NCBI GenBank assembly: GCA_044344255.1
Contig: JBIJDH010000024.1
Span: 32,001-96,000, forward strand
Direction: 5' to 3'
Source of the DNA: Myxococcota bacterium
GTDB lineage: Bacteria > Myxococcota_A > UBA796 > UBA2385
DNA length: 64,000 bases
Below are positions 59,517 through 64,000 of this stretch, piece by piece (the stretch's first letter is position 1; each line of letters opens with the position of its first letter). The notes beneath the pieces are model-generated. The model was not told where the DNA came from. It saw nothing but the letters and a program-made list of their open reading frames with translations, and searched no databases. Both the position numbers and the translations under genes were made by a program.

Positions 59517-61382
59517 TCAGGCGGGGAGGGTGGGAGCGACGAGGGCGGCGAGGTCGGGGCGGCCGCGTGTGAGGGCAGCCTCGTGCCAAAGAGAGCGTTC
59601 GGCGGCAGGGAGGGTAGCGAGCACCTCAGTCGACCATAAGTCGTGGCCGTCTATGATCAGTCGCCACCCGGTGCCCGGCTTCAAATACGCATCGACGGTG
59701 TTCGCCAAGCTGGAGCTATGCGAGATGAGCGTTCGATAGGCCGCCGCCGCGGCTGCACAATTTTCACGACTGAGAAAGGTAATTTCGAAAATCTTAAATA
59801 GAAGCGATAGCACCAGCAGTTTGCGGATTACATCTGTGCCGACCCCGGGTAGGGTCTTGATCAGATTGCTTGCGATTGATTGTTGTTGAGGGGATGTCGT
59901 CCAGAAGATCGATCCCAGGAAGTTGGCGAGGACCATGCCGATGTCGAAGCGCTGGATGAGCTCGTCGTACGAGCTGTTCGCACGGACCCACTCGCCGAAC
60001 AAGATGAGTGCGAATACCTGACAAGCTGCAGTTGTAACACACGGCTGGCGCAAATATAGTTCGTTTGCCAGCTCAGCGGCTCGAGTAGGGCTGTCCTCCA
60101 TTTCGTTCGCGATTGCTTTGAACAGGTGGCTATCCACCAGAATCTCGTCTCCTTCCCACATCAAGGCTTCATGAAACCAAGATTGGTGACCTTCGGGGGT
60201 TCCTTGGCGAGCCAGAAGCTCTGACCGGGTGTGCCAGAAGCGCAAGAACCGAATGAATACCTTTGGCGCCTGGTCCGGACGTTTCATGGCTCGTGCGATA
60301 CGCCAGAGCGGATCGCGCAGCTCGTAGAAGCTCTCTCGCCCTACGCTGTGGCTCTGCACGAGGCCATCGCGCCTAAGGAAGCGGAGCTGACCGGAGACGG
60401 TGCCCTGCGTCGAGAAGGTGGCATCGACGAGCTCACTCACGGTCAGCGGTCGCCAGCTCTCGCTCAGGCGCTCAAGCAGGGCCTGCTGGCCGGGGGCGCG
60501 GGCGCGGATCTGCTCCTGGAAGTAGGGGGTGAGCTCATCCCCGAGCTGGTAGAAGGCTGTCTCCAGCTCGTCGAGGCTCTCCCTCGTCAGGTAGGGGAAG
60601 AGCAGGGCCATCCCACGGGGAGAGCCGCCGATCAGGTGGTGAATTGCTCGCACACGGGCGAGGCCAAGCGGGCTCTGGAGGCGCTCGGCGAGGCCGGGGT
60701 CTGGCCGGTCCTCTGCCAGGGTGAGGAGCATGTCTCGACACCCCTCCGGGCTGAGCGGCCCGACGGGCTCCTCGATCCACATGCGGTAGAAGGGCCGGTC
60801 CCGATTGTGGAAGTCGTCGCCGGTGGCCTGGGCGGTGGCGAGCACGCTCCAGCGCTGTTCGGTGACGATGCCGCGCAGGCGCCACTGCTCCTCAGTGCTC
60901 ATCGCCGAGAGGATGCGGTCGAGGTTCTCGAGGCCGATGAGGAAGGGCCTCGCCTGGAGACGCCCCTCGATGAGGCGGAGAGCCCGCTCGACGGCCTCGG
61001 CGCGGTCACTGCCGCGAAGGAGTGCCACCTGACTCGCCGCGGTGGGCAGCCCCTCCACCTCGGGTAGGCGGGAGAGCAGGCGGGCGAGGAGGTCGAGCAG
61101 GCTGCCCACATGCTCCTCCTCATCGAGCGCGGCGACCACCGGGGCCTGGGGCAATGCCGCCGCCCGGATGCGCGCCAGGAGCACCGCGAAGAGGTGGCTC
61201 TTCCCGCTGCCGCGGGCTCCAACGAGGACGACGTGCCGGGCCCCCCCTTCGGCGAGGGTGCCGACCAGGCCCTCCACGACGCCGTCGACCAGCGACCCGC
61301 GCTCGACCAGGCGGCGCTCCAGGAGCTCGGTGGGCAACAGATGGGGGGAGAAGCGGGAAAACTGGGGGCGGGTCAGAGACAT
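59517..61382 (-). CDS. P-loop ATPase plus winged HTH plus a divergent helical C-terminus
   Basis: GARGSGKS; LIGLENLD; GGSPR; HTH LTVSEL...TVSGQLRFL...GRESFYEL. Confidence 0.85.
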   Translation of the reverse strand: MSLTRPQFSRFSPHLLPTELLERRLVERGSLVDGVVEGLVGTLAEGGARHVVLVGARGSGKSHLFAVLLARIRAAALPQAPVVAALDEEEHVGSLLDLLARLLSRLPEVEGLPTAASQVALLRGSDRAEAVERALRLIEGRLQARPFLIGLENLDRILSAMSTEEQWRLRGIVTEQRWSVLATAQATGDDFHNRDRPFYRMWIEEPVGPLSPEGCRDMLLTLAEDRPDPGLAERLQSPLGLARVRAIHHLIGGSPRGMALLFPYLTRESLDELETAFYQLGDELTPYFQEQIRARAPGQQALLERLSESWRPLTVSELVDATFSTQGTVSGQLRFLRRDGLVQSHSVGRESFYELRDPLWRIARAMKRPDQAPKVFIRFLRFWHTRSELLARQGTPEGHQSWFHEALMWEGDEILVDSHLFKAIANEMEDSPTRAAELANELYLRQPCVTTAACQVFALILFGEWVRANSSYDELIQRFDIGMVLANFLGSIFWTTSPQQQSIASNLIKTLPGVGTDVIRKLLVLSLLFKIFEITFLSRENCAAAAAAYRTLISHSSSLANTVDAYLKPGTGWRLIIDGHDLWSTEVLATLPAAERSLWHEAALTRGRPDLAALVAPTLPA

Positions 61383-62545
61383 CGGTGGAGCTTCCAGAAG
61401 CGACGAAGGCAGTCGAGGCGGAAGAGCCAGCGCTCATTGCGCCGATCGAGGTACTGGTCGCGCCGCAGCCACTGGAGGACCTCGACGAGCCGGTCTCCAG
61501 GGAACAACCGACGAAGCTCGGTGATGGACTGGCCTGTCGGATGAAGGCAGAGGTGGTCGAGCAGATGCAACGCGAGGTCATGATCCTCGGCGCTCAGCGT
61601 GCGCTTCATCCGCTGGACGTAGTGCTCGAGCTCCAGCGGATCCTGATCATTGTCGAGGAGGGCCTCGAGTGCCTGATCGGCGGCGTGGCGGGTGTAGCGC
61701 CGCTCCATGCGCACCCGCTCGGCGATGTGCTGCAGCACGAAGGGGTGCCCTTCGGAGATACGCGAGAGGTGCTGCGCCAGATCGGCCGCGTTGGCGGACT
61801 CCTTCTCGAAGCTCGCCACGAGGCGCCCGGCCAGCTCCAGCGCTCCGCCGGGCTCGAGGACCGGGAGGACCTCCCGGGCCATCTTGTTGTCGGGGTCATT
61901 CGTGTACCCGCGGGCCTGCAGCCCGCGGATGATCTCGTGCAGCCCGATCGAGCCGGTGTAGACGAGGCGCAGCCGGGGCCAGCGCTGGGCGTCGCGCAGG
62001 AAGTCGAGGAGGGCGGTGACCTCGCGGTCCCCCCGCACGGTGACGAGGCCGTCGAGGAAGATGGTGAGCTCATCCCAGACGAGGACGACGATCCGCTCTT
62101 TTTCGTCAGCCCACTTCTGTAGCCCCTCGAAGGCCTTGTCGAGGACGGGCTGCCACTCCGCCCCCGGCAGGCGGAGCGCCAGCTTCACCCCCTTGAGCTC
62201 CACGCCCCCGGCGAGGCCCTCGACGTACCGGGCGAAGGGGAGGTAGCGCCGGAGGAAGCCACCCGTCAGCCCCTCGATCTGCTCCAACACGGCCTGCACG
62301 AAGTCCGGCAGGCCGCGCGGCACCTTCTCCAAGCTCGCGTAGCGGAGCGCGAAGTGGGCAGGCTGGTGCGCCGGATCGGCCATGCGGCGCCAGAGGCTCG
62401 TCTTGCCCATCCGGCGCGGGGCGGTGAGCACGAGGGAGCGCGTCTCCAGGATCTCCCGGAAGCGGCGAATCAGCTCATCCCGGCCGACGACCTGCTCCGG
62501 GCTGAGATCGCCGCCGGGGTTCGGGGTCAACGCGGTGGTGGACAT
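61373..62545 (-). CDS. P-loop ATPase (PRRxGKTS type)
   Basis: VVGRD, APRRMGKTS, VLVWDE, YTGSIG, EGHPF; 3' end overlaps the next start. Confidence 0.88.
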   Translation of the reverse strand: MSTTALTPNPGGDLSPEQVVGRDELIRRFREILETRSLVLTAPRRMGKTSLWRRMADPAHQPAHFALRYASLEKVPRGLPDFVQAVLEQIEGLTGGFLRRYLPFARYVEGLAGGVELKGVKLALRLPGAEWQPVLDKAFEGLQKWADEKERIVVLVWDELTIFLDGLVTVRGDREVTALLDFLRDAQRWPRLRLVYTGSIGLHEIIRGLQARGYTNDPDNKMAREVLPVLEPGGALELAGRLVASFEKESANAADLAQHLSRISEGHPFVLQHIAERVRMERRYTRHAADQALEALLDNDQDPLELEHYVQRMKRTLSAEDHDLALHLLDHLCLHPTGQSITELRRLFPGDRLVEVLQWLRRDQYLDRRNERWLFRLDCLRRFWKLHRCL

Positions 62546-62592
62546 CGTCGTTCCAAGGGGGGACCGGGAAGGCCCTCGACCCATGCTGGAAT

Positions 62593-62621
62593 CAACATAT
62601 GTCAAAAACAACATATGTCAA
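62593..62621 (-). promoter_or_regulatory. Two copies of TTGACATATGTTG at 16-bp period upstream of the ATPase pair
   Basis: Plus strand caacatatgtcaa at 62593 and 62609; contains TTGACA and the palindrome ACATATGT. Confidence 0.65.
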
Positions 62622-62699
62622 CATCGACATGCATATCCCCCACCCCGCCGCAGCAGGATGCACCGAGGTGCTTCGCCGATCTCCTCGCATTCCCCGCCG

Positions 62700-62824
62700 G
62701 GGCCGTCGTGCATGGCCTCCAGTCGGGCGTCCTGTAGCCGTCGAAGCAGGCGCTGCGCGGCGTTGATGGCCGGGTCGAGGGCCTCCACCCGGTCGAGGCA
62801 GGCGTCGATCTCCAGGGGGTCCAC
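62700..62824 (-). pseudogene. Possible amidase N-terminal fragment
   Basis: IDACLDRVEALDPAINA resembles amidase-signature family N-termini; the rest is absent. Confidence 0.4.
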
Positions 62825-62827
62825 CCC

Positions 62828-62974
62828 CGCGAACGCGCGGGTGGCCTGGAGCCCGGCCCCGCCCGCCGCCGCCGATCAGCCCGCCCGCGCCGCGAGCTGA
62901 TCGAGCAGGCCGACGAGGATGTGGGCCTGGTACCAGGCGTCGTAGTCGGCGCGGTGCTTCTGACCGAGGTCTTC
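62828..62974 (+). repeat. 147-bp direct repeat, right copy
   Basis: Matches 58065-58211. Confidence 0.95.
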
Positions 62975-63511
62975 GGCGGGGAGCCGCAGCCGCTCGGCCA
63001 GCACCTCCTTGTTGCTGTCGAACCAGTGCACCCCGAGGGCGCCGGTCGCCATCGCCTTCGTGCAGAGCGCCTTGTAGCCGAAGGGGTTCGGGAGCTCCTC
63101 GGCGGCGTAGGCGTAGCTCACGAAGCTCCAGTCAAAGGGCGCGTTGTGGCCCACGAAGGAGGGCTTCGTGCGGGGCTTCGTCCGTGCCCGCACCCAGGCG
63201 GTCAGCGCCTCGCAGAAGGCCCGCTGGGAGAGGCCCTCGGCAGCCAGCTTGCCCTGGTCGAGGCCGTGGATCGCGGCGGCGCGGGCGTCGAAGCGGGGCG
63301 CCCCGGGACGGAGCTCGGCGTAGAAGGGGTTGCCCTCGATGACGAGGTGGCCCTGCTCGTCGGGGGAGACCACCACCGCGCCGAGCGACACCATGTCGTA
63401 GAGCCCTGGAACGGGGCCGTTGCACTCGATGTCGATGCAGAAGTACGTTGTGCGGGACTCCCGATGGCGGGAGGAGGGGGCGGCGGGGTGGGAGACAGGC
63501 AGGCCGGTCAT
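62876..63511 (-). CDS. DEDDh 3'-5' exonuclease
   Basis: IDIECNG, GHNAPFD, HRADYDA; start uncertain. Confidence 0.85.
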   Translation of the reverse strand: MTGLPVSHPAAPSSRHRESRTTYFCIDIECNGPVPGLYDMVSLGAVVVSPDEQGHLVIEGNPFYAELRPGAPRFDARAAAIHGLDQGKLAAEGLSQRAFCEALTAWVRARTKPRTKPSFVGHNAPFDWSFVSYAYAAEELPNPFGYKALCTKAMATGALGVHWFDSNKEVLAERLRLPAEDLGQKHRADYDAWYQAHILVGLLDQLAARAG

Positions 63512-64000
63512 GACGAGCTCCGAGCGAGGCTGGGCGATGGGCCCGGTCGGGGGCCCGCGTCGCCGCGGCTTATCCAGCCGCCGCGGAGCCCGCGCCAGCG
63601 TCAAGTCGAAGAGGCCCTCCGTAAGCTCATCCTCCTGAGCTACCTCCTCTCCATCCCCGGCCTGCTGCTCAGCACCTGGCTCCTGCTCGGCGCGGGCGTG
63701 CTCCGCCACGGCGGGGCCACCGCGGTGGCCGCGGGCGCGGCGCTGCTCCTCCTCCTGCCGGCGATGGGCGTGGCCAGCCTCTTCCCGCGGCGGCTCCACG
63801 GCCTCGGCCTCGGCCTCCTGCTCTGGCCGCTGGGGCTGCTGATCGGCTTCCCGCTCTACTTCCCCGCCGAGCGCGGCCCGGCCCTCGTCGCCGGGCTGAG
63901 CGTGGCCGCAGGCGCCCTCCAGCTCCACCCGGACCCCTCGATCGCCCTCGCCCTCGACCGCCTGCTCCCCGCCGTTGAGGGCAGCCGCCCGCCCGCCGTC
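63464..64000 (+). CDS. Membrane protein (partial; runs off the window edge; start uncertain)
   Basis: Open frame with hydrophobic segments LILLSYLLSIPGLLL...LLWPLGLLIGFPLYFP. Confidence 0.5.
   Translation, partial: MAGGGGGGVGDRQAGHDELRARLGDGPGRGPASPRLIQPPRSPRQRQVEEALRKLILLSYLLSIPGLLLSTWLLLGAGVLRHGGATAVAAGAALLLLLPAMGVASLFPRRLHGLGLGLLLWPLGLLIGFPLYFPAERGPALVAGLSVAAGALQLHPDPSIALALDRLLPAVEGSRPPAV

Larger units (their letters stand above)
58065..62974. mobile_element. Direct-repeat-bounded accessory island with no integrase
   Basis: 147-bp flanking repeats, low-GC segments, gene remnants and an ATPase pair. Confidence 0.75.

Noticed and set aside
58065..62974. Prophage or composite transposon interpretation of the island
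   Set aside because: No integrase, transposase, terminal inverted repeats or phage genes; the repeats are host coding sequence

Overview
This is a very GC-rich (roughly 70%+) bacterial chromosomal window. Its gene content suggests a Myxococcota-like organism (inference): many lipoproteins with acidic tandem-repeat linkers, a DUF4423-type regulator, a CarH-controlled carotenoid cluster and sigma-54 motifs. Two complete known modules are present. The first is a divergent carotenoid cluster (crtY-crtE-crtI-crtB-carH-crtZ on the minus strand; crtC, glycosyltransferase, acyltransferase and a crtD-like desaturase on the plus strand, 4.0-15.9 kb) with a dyad operator between the arms. The second is a cbb3 oxidase cluster (ccoNOQPGHIS, 33.6-42.1 kb) with divergent sigma-54 motifs. 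Three accessory modules look like conflict or defence loci. (i) A P-loop ATPase plus a large TPR-like gene at 23.7-27.8 kb. (ii) An HTH-ImmA/IrrE peptidase plus a putative permuted papain-like gene at 47.5-49.7 kb. (iii) A ~4.6 kb island at 58.1-63.0 kb, bounded by a 147-bp direct repeat, carrying two coupled P-loop ATPases; the second has a very low-GC C-terminal segment. Both ATPase pairs are preceded by 16-bp-period TTGA-containing repeats with palindromic cores. No rRNA, tRNA, CRISPR array, integrase or transposase was recognised. All product calls come from reading motifs by eye, with no database search, and start codons are best guesses.
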